DNA of 64,000 nucleotides from a virus (Duplodnaviria; Caudoviricetes). The first letter of the stretch is position 1. Every line of letters starts with the position of its first letter. Under the pieces are notes generated by a model, which saw only the letters and a program-made list of their open reading frames with translations, ran no database searches and was not told the DNA's origin. The position numbers and the translations under genes are program-made. Below, piece after piece: positions 54,911-63,224 of this stretch. The DNA lies in IMG/VR virus record IMGVR_UViG_3300024252_000005. One strand, written 5' to 3'.

Positions 54911-55561
54911 TTAAGTTAACTCATTGTAGAAGTTTTTCCAGAAGTTGCTATTATTGTTTCCAATGACTTTTTTAATTTTATCGTAGCCAAATACGGTAAT
55001 GCTTTCATGATACATGTGTTTATATGTATTTATATTTAAACCTTTACAAGTTGTAAATAAATACATTTGAGAATCTCTGAAAGCTTTGCTTGTCATTGTA
55101 TAAGCAACAAAATTAGAGATATGATCTTTGTTTGCTTCTAGTAAACTAGTTACATTTGACCTATACTTGCATTGAACTGTTACGCTTCTATCACTACCGT
55201 TCATCTTACCAACACCATCAACACCCCAATCTTCACCGAACTCAGAACTATCCCAAGGATGATAATCAGAAATTCCAATTCTAGGATCGCTGCTAAATGT
55301 TTTAATAAAATACTCTACAAAAATTTCAAATGCTGAACCTTTGAATTCATCAATAGCGTTGCTTCCGTATATATTGTGTGTAGTAAAGTTATCTTCGACT
55401 AATTCTTTATCACACTCAATTATCTTTTTTATATTACGCATAAAATCTTTTAACGATAAAACATTATGACACAATTTTTTTTTAAGAGACAAAGGGCAAG
55501 ACAACTTAAAATCATGATCTAACATACTAAATCCTTGTTCCTGCAGATACGCATTTTTCAT
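54911..55561 (-). CDS. Mrr-like PD-(D/E)xK restriction endonuclease domain protein
   Basis: GSAFEIFVE, DWGVDGVG, VTVQCKYRS. Confidence 0.78.
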   Translation of the reverse strand: MKNAYLQEQGFSMLDHDFKLSCPLSLKKKLCHNVLSLKDFMRNIKKIIECDKELVEDNFTTHNIYGSNAIDEFKGSAFEIFVEYFIKTFSSDPRIGISDYHPWDSSEFGEDWGVDGVGKMNGSDRSVTVQCKYRSNVTSLLEANKDHISNFVAYTMTSKAFRDSQMYLFTTCKGLNINTYKHMYHESITVFGYDKIKKVIGNNNSNFWKNFYNELT

Positions 55562-57128
55562 ACATCAAAGTGAATATGTCTATTTTGCTGTTTTTCTTTG
55601 ATTGCTCTATGATATTACTTAGTTCCTCTTCTTCTATATCTTTTTCTATTAAATGTTTTGCATCATCTAGTTTCTTTTGAACATTTTTCCTATGCTCTTC
55701 AGTTGATATTAGATCACATAAGTCTTGTTCTTCTTTTAAATTAAACAATTCTTTTGTATCTTTTACAAACTCTCGTGAAATATCAAATTCTTCGTTTAAA
55801 GGAAAACCGCCTAGTCTTAAAGCTATTAAATGCTTTTGAACATTAACCCAGTCATCCCTGTTTTTATTCCAAGCAACAATTGTTACTAAAGCATATTCTT
55901 TCTTATTTATACCTTTTACCTTATAAAGCCTTAAAGATCTTCCAACTGTTTGCAACAACTTACAAGTATTCATAGCTCTTAATATTACAACTCCAGTGAT
56001 CCCCGGAACATCAATACCTTCAGACAATATATCATAATGGAATATTAGACAGTTTTTTGATTCTTTTACTTCTTCTAAGAATTCATTTCTATTACTTATT
56101 TCTTTTCCATTTTTTGTTGCCTTTATTTCTTCTCTAGAATGAATAATAAATATATCATGATTAGGCAGAAATTCTTTGAATGATTCTTGACAACTCAATA
56201 CTTCTTTTATTTCACTAGATCCCGACATTGAAAATAAAGTTTTGCTGAATCCTAACATTTTATTGAATTTTTTGTTATGATAAACAGCAATTTTTTTACA
56301 TAAATCTAATGTTTTGTTTTTTCTATCTTCATCTGAAGTTTCTAATATATGAATTCTAGGCTTTACAATAATTTCTTTTTCTATTAGGACAGAAGCTTTT
56401 ACTTCATAAATTCTAGGCCCAAAAACACTTTCGTTATTTAAACCAAGCCCACAATCACTTTCTGTCCATTTTTCTGTAGCTGTAAAACATATCTTTTTAT
56501 TTGCAGATATTTTGCTATAAACATTATGATACTTTTCATGAACTAGAAATTGGCTTTCGTCTGCTATCATAACATCAAAAAGAATATCAGTTAGTTTGTA
56601 ATAGCTGTGATAAGTACTGAAAACTATTACATAATTTCCTTTTCTTTTTTGCAATTCAATAAATTCTTGCAGAACGCTACTTTTTGTTGTACTACACTCC
56701 GAGTATTTGCTTTTTCCCTTAGGAACATAATGTTCGCCACTATGGAAAGCTGCAGCAACCCAGTTGTCAATTCCAATCCACTCTCTAAAACCTTTTTTTT
56801 CTTGAATAGAAGATCCTAGGCCTACATGCTGTTGCCCTAAAGCTATGCGATGAAATAAAACTAGACTTGCACCTACATTGTTTTCTTTTTTAATTCCAAA
56901 CTCGTCAATTACCAAGCTTTCAATTCTTGACTTGCCTCCGCCAGTAGGAATTACAACTCTTGAAGAAACTTTTTTTTCGTCTAAGTAAAAGTTTCTAATC
57001 GCTAAAAGGCAGTCTTCTTGATGTCTATAGAGGGGAAGCGTAGTCATTTTTTTACCTTCGTCTTTGTTTTTCTTTTTAGTAAATAAATTCCTGATAAGAC
57101 TTTTAAGCAATATATACTCAACTTTCAA
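55527..57128 (-). CDS. SF2 helicase/ATPase (restriction ResIII-like); true start possibly 57047
   Basis: PTGGGKS, IADESQ, FTAT, ILSEGIDVPG, QTVGRSLR. Confidence 0.9.
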   Translation of the reverse strand: MKVEYILLKSLIRNLFTKKKNKDEGKKMTTLPLYRHQEDCLLAIRNFYLDEKKVSSRVVIPTGGGKSRIESLVIDEFGIKKENNVGASLVLFHRIALGQQHVGLGSSIQEKKGFREWIGIDNWVAAAFHSGEHYVPKGKSKYSECSTTKSSVLQEFIELQKRKGNYVIVFSTYHSYYKLTDILFDVMIADESQFLVHEKYHNVYSKISANKKICFTATEKWTESDCGLGLNNESVFGPRIYEVKASVLIEKEIIVKPRIHILETSDEDRKNKTLDLCKKIAVYHNKKFNKMLGFSKTLFSMSGSSEIKEVLSCQESFKEFLPNHDIFIIHSREEIKATKNGKEISNRNEFLEEVKESKNCLIFHYDILSEGIDVPGITGVVILRAMNTCKLLQTVGRSLRLYKVKGINKKEYALVTIVAWNKNRDDWVNVQKHLIALRLGGFPLNEEFDISREFVKDTKELFNLKEEQDLCDLISTEEHRKNVQKKLDDAKHLIEKDIEEEELSNIIEQSKKNSKIDIFTLMYEKCVSAGTRI

Positions 57129-57240
57129 TACATAAACAATATTTAATCGTTAAAATATTTTAACAATTAAATTAAAATTATTAATTCCTATTTACATTAG
57201 TATTATAACAACAAATGTTTTTCATTACACGAATATTAAC

Positions 57241-57510
57241 TCACATACTTATTAATTTAACAGATAAAACAGATGCAAACTGCCCAAACAAAAAACCGGA
57301 GAAGAAACATAAAAGAGAATTAAAACCCATCTCAGGATTAAATATATCTAACGCTAAACCACCAAAACATAACCCAAGCAATAAACCAAATATAACAAGC
57401 AAAGGCAAAGAACTAACATCTAACTTAACTTTCCAAACTACTCTCATAAAACCAAAAAAAGATAGTCTACACATTATATAACACCTTCCAAACCCAACCA
57501 AACCTACCAC
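57241..57510 (-). CDS. Membrane protein in G/T-skewed block
   Basis: Hydrophobic ORF. Confidence 0.5.
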   Translation of the reverse strand: MVGLVGFGRCYIMCRLSFFGFMRVVWKVKLDVSSLPLLVIFGLLLGLCFGGLALDIFNPEMGFNSLLCFFSGFLFGQFASVLSVKLISM

Positions 57511-57543
57511 TCAAATCTTCACGAAAAACTTTAACAAACATAA

Positions 57544-57774
57544 TCAAACTCCCTCAATAACTCTAATGATAGCTACCTCAACAAAAAACGTTGACAAAGT
57601 TAATAACAAAATCCAATACACAGATAAATTACCCTCAACTAATGAATCAACGTATAAAGGCACAACAAAAGGCATGATTATCAATAAGACAAAACAAAAA
57701 GTCATACCAAAAATAAAAAAGCCACAAGCTAAACTAACACCAAATTCACGGGCAGTATCAAAAAGAAATTTCAA
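57544..57774 (-). CDS. Two-TM membrane protein
   Basis: Hydrophobic ORF; GGAG upstream. Confidence 0.55.
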   Translation of the reverse strand: MKFLFDTAREFGVSLACGFFIFGMTFCFVLLIIMPFVVPLYVDSLVEGNLSVYWILLLTLSTFFVEVAIIRVIEGV

Positions 57775-57811
57775 AATAACTCCACAATAAAAAGAAAAGG
57801 CAGCAGCTAAA

Positions 57812-58180
57812 TCAATAATAAAACCTAATCAACTCAATAAACTTCTCCAATAACATATAATCACTCTCTAACTCATACTGATCAGCTAACTCAGGATCAC
57901 ACACAATCTCTACTCCCTCCCTTAACAATATCTCAAATAACTCCTCACACGCCTTCTCATACTCCACTCCCATATCATAACTTATATATATCACCTCATC
58001 ATATACTCCATCACTTACCCCTACCTTGTAACCCTCATGCTGAATCAATACTAAACTACCATCTACTCGCTCAATAGTTCCACAACCACTCGGCGGAGAT
58101 CTATAATCCACAACAAATAATACCCTCCCCTCCAAACATAATCTACTCATAACCAAAACCTTTCTATTCTTATTCAACAA
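57812..58180 (-). CDS. Hypothetical acidic protein
   Basis: ORF in the skewed block. Confidence 0.5.
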   Translation of the reverse strand: MLNKNRKVLVMSRLCLEGRVLFVVDYRSPPSGCGTIERVDGSLVLIQHEGYKVGVSDGVYDEVIYISYDMGVEYEKACEELFEILLREGVEIVCDPELADQYELESDYMLLEKFIELIRFYY

Positions 58181-58421
58181 GTGGCCAAAAAGACGTTCTG
58201 TGGGAACTTCTCAAAAAACATATGTTATACCTTATCTAGTTTATTCTAATTAAACGTAGATTAACGTCGTAACTGTTAACGCAACGCTAGGCTGATGACT
58301 CGGGACAAAGCTGAGCGCTGACTCGGAATATGAATCTCTATTCATTAGACTTTTTTTGACACCGGGTTGCGCAGAAGCTAGATCAATAGCTGTGCTACGT
58401 GCGCAGAATCGGCATAGAGCT

Positions 58422-58700
58422 TTAGATGGGATTATTGGTATTGTATTCGCGGAGAGCTTCGGCGACTTCTAACATTCCCGTCAGTGCTTTTCTGGTTGTG
58501 ATCTCGCGCTGATCAAACTTTCGTTTAGTCGACTGCACACCAGATGTTTGACCTTGTATTACCATGGATCTCATTACTTCGAGAGCAAGCTCTGAATCCT
58601 CTTCCCTGACATGAAGGTGTATTCTTCGGTCGCCGGGTGCGATATCGATGTAGGCTATGGCATACTTTGATTCAGTGTTAATGTTTCGAATTGAGGGCAT
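58422..58700 (-). CDS. Hypothetical protein
   Basis: AAGGA RBS; first gene of the higher-GC block. Confidence 0.7.
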   Translation of the reverse strand: MPSIRNINTESKYAIAYIDIAPGDRRIHLHVREEDSELALEVMRSMVIQGQTSGVQSTKRKFDQREITTRKALTGMLEVAEALREYNTNNPI

Positions 58701-58728
58701 ATTTTATTTCCTTATAATGCTATAGTTT

Positions 58729-58953
58729 TCAGAGATTATCCATATACTCCGTGACATCCCTTGCAACATCTTCGTATGAATCTGTAACATGGATGCATTT
58801 GCCGTTGTTAAAGTGTATCCAGCAAGTCTCGCCCAGCTTTTCAATAGTATTCTCTTTGCACTGATTGACATGAGAGATAGAGTCGAAGGGGACAAGAACG
58901 TTGATGTTAGAGTTGACTGTATTGTATGTTGTGTATCGTGAAGCGTTTGTCAT
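58729..58953 (-). CDS. Hypothetical protein
   Basis: AAGGAT RBS. Confidence 0.7.
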   Translation of the reverse strand: MTNASRYTTYNTVNSNINVLVPFDSISHVNQCKENTIEKLGETCWIHFNNGKCIHVTDSYEDVARDVTEYMDNL

Positions 58954-58978
58954 GATGATGATCCTTTATTTATTTAAG

Positions 58979-59021
58979 AAAAGCTGCGACTAGATCTATG
59001 CGCAAGTAGATTAAAAGTTGT
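58979..59021. repeat. Hairpin-containing intergenic repeat, copy 1
   Basis: AAAAGCTGCGACTAGATCTATGCGCAAGTAGATTAAAAGTTGT. Confidence 0.8.
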
Positions 59022-59036
59022 GTAGCGAACGAAGAG

Positions 59037-59243
59037 TTAGTCTTCGCTATTTTCGTCTAGTTGTTGTTGTAAGAGTAAGACATGGTTCATAATAGAAATG
59101 GCGATCTCTATGTCACCATCGATGAAAGCACTGTTAACTTTACCTTGAAGTGCTTTCATCTTTTTACGGATCTCTTGTTTATTAAAATATTGCTTTTTAA
59201 GTTTTTTGTTATCGCGAGGTTTGTGATTATCGGATTGAGACAT
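59037..59243 (-). CDS. Hypothetical protein (start moved downstream of the promoter)
   Basis: MSQSDNHKPR...; the ORF-track start lies inside the promoter. Confidence 0.65.
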   Translation of the reverse strand: MSQSDNHKPRDNKKLKKQYFNKQEIRKKMKALQGKVNSAFIDGDIEIAISIMNHVLLLQQQLDENSED

Positions 59244-59277
59244 ATCATCCACCTTGTGTGTGTGTTGTTGTTGATAT

Positions 59278-59307
59278 ATTATATCAATGATATTATGTAT
59301 TTGCACG
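59278..59307 (-). promoter_or_regulatory. Repeated phage promoter
   Basis: CGTGCAA-N17-TATAAT. Confidence 0.8.
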
Positions 59308-59365
59308 TCGGGTTGATGACGCAGAGGGTTGTAGCCTCGAGGCTGCTTTTTCCCTGGGTGAAGAC

Positions 59366-59584
59366 TTAGTTTTGTTTAGGGTACATGAGTAGTTGAGCTT
59401 CGTGAGAAGACATCCAGTGGATATTCATTGCGTCGCCATCGTCGAAGACTTCTTGTCCGCCGCGAATATGAATTGGTTCTTTGAAGTCGATGGTTTGAAC
59501 AGGAGGCATGTTGTGTTTAACTGCGAAGAAAGCGCCAATTGAAAGAGTAAAGGAGATGAGGAGTGCGATTAAGTTACCTTGCAT
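59366..59584 (-). CDS. Small N-terminally anchored membrane protein
   Basis: LIALLISFTLSIGAFFAV. Confidence 0.65.
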   Translation of the reverse strand: MQGNLIALLISFTLSIGAFFAVKHNMPPVQTIDFKEPIHIRGGQEVFDDGDAMNIHWMSSHEAQLLMYPKQN

Positions 59585-59610
59585 ATGTAGATCTTTCTTT
59601 AGTGTAGTGA

Positions 59611-59925
59611 TTAAATAAATAGTGCAGAAGCGACTAGGTTTAGCCAGGGAGAAGTCTTAGCGTTGTTATTCTTTGCTGGTTCATGTGTAACCTTGCACAC
59701 TTCAGCCCTTTGAATATCCTTGTAATATCTTGCTGTTAGCTCATCCTTGCATTGTAGAGCTTCTTGGGCATCGTTAAAATAGAAGCATCGTGAAGGTTTC
59801 TTCATGTCTGGGTGAAGTAATACATGAACTGCGAAAGTGTACTGTTCAGATGAGCTAAGCCATGAGACTTTGTCACCGTGAGAGTTAATAGCGATATTGT
59901 AGTATGAAGCGTGTTCGTCAAACAT
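59611..59925 (-). CDS. Hypothetical protein
   Basis: ORF downstream of hairpin repeat copy 2. Confidence 0.65.
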   Translation of the reverse strand: MFDEHASYYNIAINSHGDKVSWLSSSEQYTFAVHVLLHPDMKKPSRCFYFNDAQEALQCKDELTARYYKDIQRAEVCKVTHEPAKNNNAKTSPWLNLVASALFI

Positions 59926-59950
59926 ATTGTTAGCCTTGTAATGTTATTGT

Positions 59951-59993
59951 AAAAGTTGCGACCAGATCTACGCAAAAGTAGATCAAAAGCTGT
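59951..59993. repeat. Hairpin-containing intergenic repeat, copy 2
   Basis: AAAAGTTGCGACCAGATCTACGCAAAAGTAGATCAAAAGCTGT. Confidence 0.8.
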
Positions 59994-60036
59994 TTCTTCT
60001 TATTTAGGATGACACGTTAGCGTTGATATACGCGAG

Positions 60037-60252
60037 TCACTCTGTATCTAGACTGTACCAATCATTGACCAACCAGCCATGCTCATCGCTCAGCGCGTCT
60101 GTAACTTGGAAAAGTGTAACTGTGCTCATGTCTTCGAAGTAATCAGATAGATCAACTTCGAGTGGCACTCCGTTAGCATTAGCAAATTGATCATGCTCTT
60201 CAGGTGTATGATTGGAAGGTAAGTCGAAGTCCCATTGGATTTGAATGATCAT
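60037..60252 (-). CDS. Paralog family B protein
   Basis: IQWDFDLP...VPLEVDLSDYFED...VTDALSDEHGWLVN. Confidence 0.8.
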   Translation of the reverse strand: MIIQIQWDFDLPSNHTPEEHDQFANANGVPLEVDLSDYFEDMSTVTLFQVTDALSDEHGWLVNDWYSLDTE

Positions 60253-60288
60253 GTTGATCCTTGATTGTTTGGGTAGTGGTGATGGTTT

Positions 60289-60319
60289 ATTATAATATGA
60301 TATTAAGTTGGATTACACG
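60289..60319 (-). promoter_or_regulatory. Repeated phage promoter cassette
   Basis: CGTGTAA-N18-TATAAT then AAACCATCACCAC. Confidence 0.85.
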
Positions 60320-60396
60320 TTAGAGCTGTCGACCAATATTTTTACCTAATCTATGCTTGAATAGTTAAAGTAGTGTTAGCTATATGTGTAACGATA

Positions 60397-60708
60397 TCAC
60401 ATGCTCCAATAAGACTCTGATGAAGGTGAGCAGTAAGAAGGTGTATTATACCTTTCCTTATACTCTTCACCTGACATCATGTTCTTTCGAATGACATAAG
60501 TTTCGTAGATATTTGTAACAAAGCGCTCAGCTTCAGGATACTGTGCTTTACATAATTCTTCAACTTCTTTCCTGCTCAATCCTTCATGATCATGAAATTC
60601 AACAAATCTTAATCCAGCCTTGTTCTTTCCCGAGCGAATAGACTTAGACCTAGATGTAATACGATTGTCTTTTTTGTATACTTCAACAGTAAATTGATTA
60701 GTTGTCAT
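60397..60708 (-). CDS. Paralog family D protein
   Basis: Ends TPSYCSPSSESYWSM. Confidence 0.8.
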   Translation of the reverse strand: MTTNQFTVEVYKKDNRITSRSKSIRSGKNKAGLRFVEFHDHEGLSRKEVEELCKAQYPEAERFVTNIYETYVIRKNMMSGEEYKERYNTPSYCSPSSESYWSM

Positions 60709-60756
60709 ATTAAAGCTTTCTTGGTTGATTGATTTTTTGATGTTGCCTTATGATAT

Positions 60757-60787
60757 ATTATACACAACGAATTAACTAGTTTACACG
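60757..60787 (-). promoter_or_regulatory. Repeated phage promoter
   Basis: CGTGTAA-N18-TATAAT. Confidence 0.82.
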
Positions 60788-60828
60788 CACAGAGTGCGAC
60801 GATGCCAGCCGTTGCCAGGCCAAGTCAG

Positions 60829-61239
60829 TTACTTCATGATGAGGGTGTGGCCAGGATTAGTGAATCGGCCGCGATACCCCTTGTAGTTAGCTGAGATACG
60901 ATCGATCATATCCATCCGAGCTTGAGCACAAGGTTCTTTGATAACTTTTTTAGAATTGAATCCCCACTGAGTTGGAATGCTCTTGCGACGATTGATAACG
61001 AACTGATCTTGGACCTTGTAGGTCTTAGACACACCTTCAGGTGGAGGAAAGGAGTTATAGATAGGATTGGTGTATTCTGCGTTGATCTCACGTCGTACGT
61101 AGCCATTAGCATATGAGATGTAAGATACTTTATGTTGTTGGCAGAAGAACTGTTGGTTGCCGCGACGTGCTTGGACTGGTGTTGTGGTCTCGATGAGGTT
61201 TGTGTTTTGAGGCTGAATGGTGTGGATATTGGTGTCCAT
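60829..61239 (-). CDS. Paralog family C protein
   Basis: LIETTTPVQARRGNQQF...SYANGYVRR. Confidence 0.75.
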   Translation of the reverse strand: MDTNIHTIQPQNTNLIETTTPVQARRGNQQFFCQQHKVSYISYANGYVRREINAEYTNPIYNSFPPPEGVSKTYKVQDQFVINRRKSIPTQWGFNSKKVIKEPCAQARMDMIDRISANYKGYRGRFTNPGHTLIMK

Positions 61240-61274
61240 GATGGTCCTTATTGGATGAGCGGTGTTGATGGTTT

Positions 61275-61305
61275 ATTATAATATACGTGTTATTTAAGTT
61301 GCACG
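61275..61305 (-). promoter_or_regulatory. Repeated phage promoter cassette
   Basis: CGTGCAA-N18-TATAAT then AAACCATCAACAC. Confidence 0.85.
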
Positions 61306-61318
61306 ACCTAGTTATAAC

Positions 61319-61585
61319 TTAGCGCTTGATGAGCATATTTTCGTTGTTGAAAAAGTGTGCGTATGTGACAGCAAAAGAATCTACAAACTCTCTCTTTCGA
61401 TTATAGATGCACACATTGTAATCGTTATGCAGTTTCATCGATCGTGTTGTCATGCTCTTGCCTGAGTCAATGTCAGTAACTAAAACCTTGTGACCAGTAG
61501 CGAACGGTGCTTTGGAGCTTAGCCATAGAACGTGAGCCTGTAGAGGTTTAGGTGTGTCAACAATAATAATGTTTTGTGAATCCAT
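61319..61585 (-). CDS. Hypothetical protein
   Basis: Promoter cassette upstream. Confidence 0.7.
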   Translation of the reverse strand: MDSQNIIIVDTPKPLQAHVLWLSSKAPFATGHKVLVTDIDSGKSMTTRSMKLHNDYNVCIYNRKREFVDSFAVTYAHFFNNENMLIKR

Positions 61586-61620
61586 GATGATCCTTATTGG
61601 ATGAGTGGTGGTGATGGTTT

Positions 61621-61651
61621 ATTATAATATGGAAGTTAACTTAGTTACACG
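61621..61651 (-). promoter_or_regulatory. Repeated phage promoter cassette
   Basis: CGTGTAA-N18-TATAAT then AAACCATCACCAC. Confidence 0.85.
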
Positions 61652-61673
61652 ACGTGGGTTGGCGAGAGGATTG

Positions 61674-61859
61674 TTATAGATAGATTCCTCTGCTGATTTG
61701 AGACTTAAGCGACTCCTTGCGTTGCGAGATGTCTTCAAGCTTACCGGTCAAACCGTTTTTGTGTAGCTCTTTAGTGTAAGAAGCTGTAGCTTGACGAAGT
61801 AACTCTTTGAGTTCGTTGCGAGTGTGGACGATGATCATTGATTGTTTGTTGGAGTTCAT
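61674..61859 (-). CDS. Hypothetical protein
   Basis: Promoter cassette upstream. Confidence 0.7.
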   Translation of the reverse strand: MNSNKQSMIIVHTRNELKELLRQATASYTKELHKNGLTGKLEDISQRKESLKSQISRGIYL

Positions 61860-61891
61860 GTTGAACCTTATTGTTTGGGTGGTGATGGTAT

Positions 61892-61922
61892 ATTATAATA
61901 TGATTATTAACTTAGTTGCACG
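61892..61922 (-). promoter_or_regulatory. Repeated phage promoter cassette
   Basis: CGTGCAA-N18-TATAAT then ATACCATCACCAC. Confidence 0.85.
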
Positions 61923-62223
61923 AAGGCTCGTGCCATGCGTAGTTATTGATGAGCCAGCCGAATTCGTCGCTGAGAGCATCAGTGATTTGCTCAGGTGAAA
62001 CACTTCGTGGGTCTTCAAAGTAATCAATGAGATCGACTTGTTGTGGGACACCGAATAACATTGAAACGTCTCGTTTATACCCAGCTAATCGCTCGGGATC
62101 TTCCAGGATGACCTCGATGTCTCCTTCAGATAGACCAAGCATCTCTTGAGTTTGTTCATCCTGTTCGATGTCAAACTCCCAGTCAATGTTAATGATTGTT
62201 GATTGTGTGTTTGGTGTTTCCAT
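61912..62223 (-). CDS. Paralog family B protein (start moved to METPNT)
   Basis: IDWEFDI...VPQQVDLIDYFED...ITDALSDEFGWLIN; the stop lies next to the following -35 box. Confidence 0.8.
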   Translation of the reverse strand: METPNTQSTIINIDWEFDIEQDEQTQEMLGLSEGDIEVILEDPERLAGYKRDVSMLFGVPQQVDLIDYFEDPRSVSPEQITDALSDEFGWLINNYAWHEPSCN

Positions 62224-62263
62224 TATATTAAATCCTTTGTTGGATAAGTAGTGGTGATGGTTT

Positions 62264-62294
62264 ATTATAATATATGTGTTATCTAAGTTACACG
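62264..62294 (-). promoter_or_regulatory. Repeated phage promoter cassette
   Basis: CGTGTAA-N18-TATAAT then AAACCATCACCAC. Confidence 0.85.
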
Positions 62295-62334
62295 AATAGG
62301 GTTGATGACGCCGCTGGTTGAACGGCCAAGACAA

Positions 62335-63141
62335 TTAAAAGATGTCGTCGTTGAGCTCATCGTCGGAGTTATCTTCAAGATCTGGATCTGCAAGACCTTC
62401 GGCTGCTAGAAATGCTTCCCATTCCTCAGGGTTGTCTGATGTTGGAGCTTCGTTTAGTTCTTCAAAAGGATCAGAATCTGTTTCTTTTACGTTAGGTCCA
62501 ATGACAACGTCAGCACGAGTTACAGCGCTTTTTTCCTTAGGCTCAGGCTTAACATCTTCAGGCTTAACATCTTCAGATTCAGCTTTTGCTGAGCTACTGG
62601 ACTCAAGGCCGAGAGCATGAGGGGTTTTATTCATTGGGCGAATTGCCTCATCAAGGACATCAATTGCGATATAGTGAAGTTGCTTAGTATGATCAAGTTT
62701 AGACCCACCAGTTCTGACTTCAAAAGCTGCACAGTTTTTCCCATTTGAGACTCGAGGTGCAGAAAATCTGATCCAAGCAGCACCTTTAGCTTCAGTGTTA
62801 GTTATGTAATCACTGCAATCAATGCCTTGAGATTGAAGTTCAGTTATAGTCAGACTGATCTCTTGAAGAGAAACGAAAACCCATTTAGCACCGGTGCCAG
62901 AAAACTTTGCTTTGACATCGCGTCGCCAAACTGCTTCGCCTTCTCCGGTCTTGCCTGATCTTGTTGTTAGATGCTTGATGTGACTGTCAATCAGTTCGTT
63001 AAGATGCTTCTTGAAGCCAGTTACGGAAGCTTTGTGTCCTTCAGCAATGAAGTTATCAAAAAGACCGCGGATCATTTCGTCGTCGTACTTATTCATTTCA
63101 GTTCCTTGACTGTTTGATTGTGGGAGAGAATTGTTATTCAT
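62335..63141 (-). CDS. Paralog family A protein with acidic tail
   Basis: FSGTGAKWV, GAAWIRF, FEVRTGGSK; ends DDELNDDIF. Confidence 0.8.
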   Translation of the reverse strand: MNNNSLPQSNSQGTEMNKYDDEMIRGLFDNFIAEGHKASVTGFKKHLNELIDSHIKHLTTRSGKTGEGEAVWRRDVKAKFSGTGAKWVFVSLQEISLTITELQSQGIDCSDYITNTEAKGAAWIRFSAPRVSNGKNCAAFEVRTGGSKLDHTKQLHYIAIDVLDEAIRPMNKTPHALGLESSSSAKAESEDVKPEDVKPEPKEKSAVTRADVVIGPNVKETDSDPFEELNEAPTSDNPEEWEAFLAAEGLADPDLEDNSDDELNDDIF

Positions 63142-63188
63142 ATTGAATCCTTATTTATTGTTGGTTTGAAGGTGTGCCTTATGGATGT

Positions 63189-63219
63189 ATTATATGTTAT
63201 GTTGATTGAAACTTACACG
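63189..63219 (-). promoter_or_regulatory. Repeated phage promoter
   Basis: CGTGTAA-N18-TATAAT then ACATCCATAAGGCAC. Confidence 0.82.
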
Positions 63220-63224
63220 CGGTA

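Noticed and set aside
1065-62620. Many short antisense or alternative-frame ORFs in the track (e.g. 4148-4480, 8161-8673, 20372-20635, 24368-24742, 38848-39147, 49691-50020, 58704-58895, 62342-62620)
   Set aside because: They lie within better-supported genes, lack RBS or promoter support, and have shadow-ORF composition
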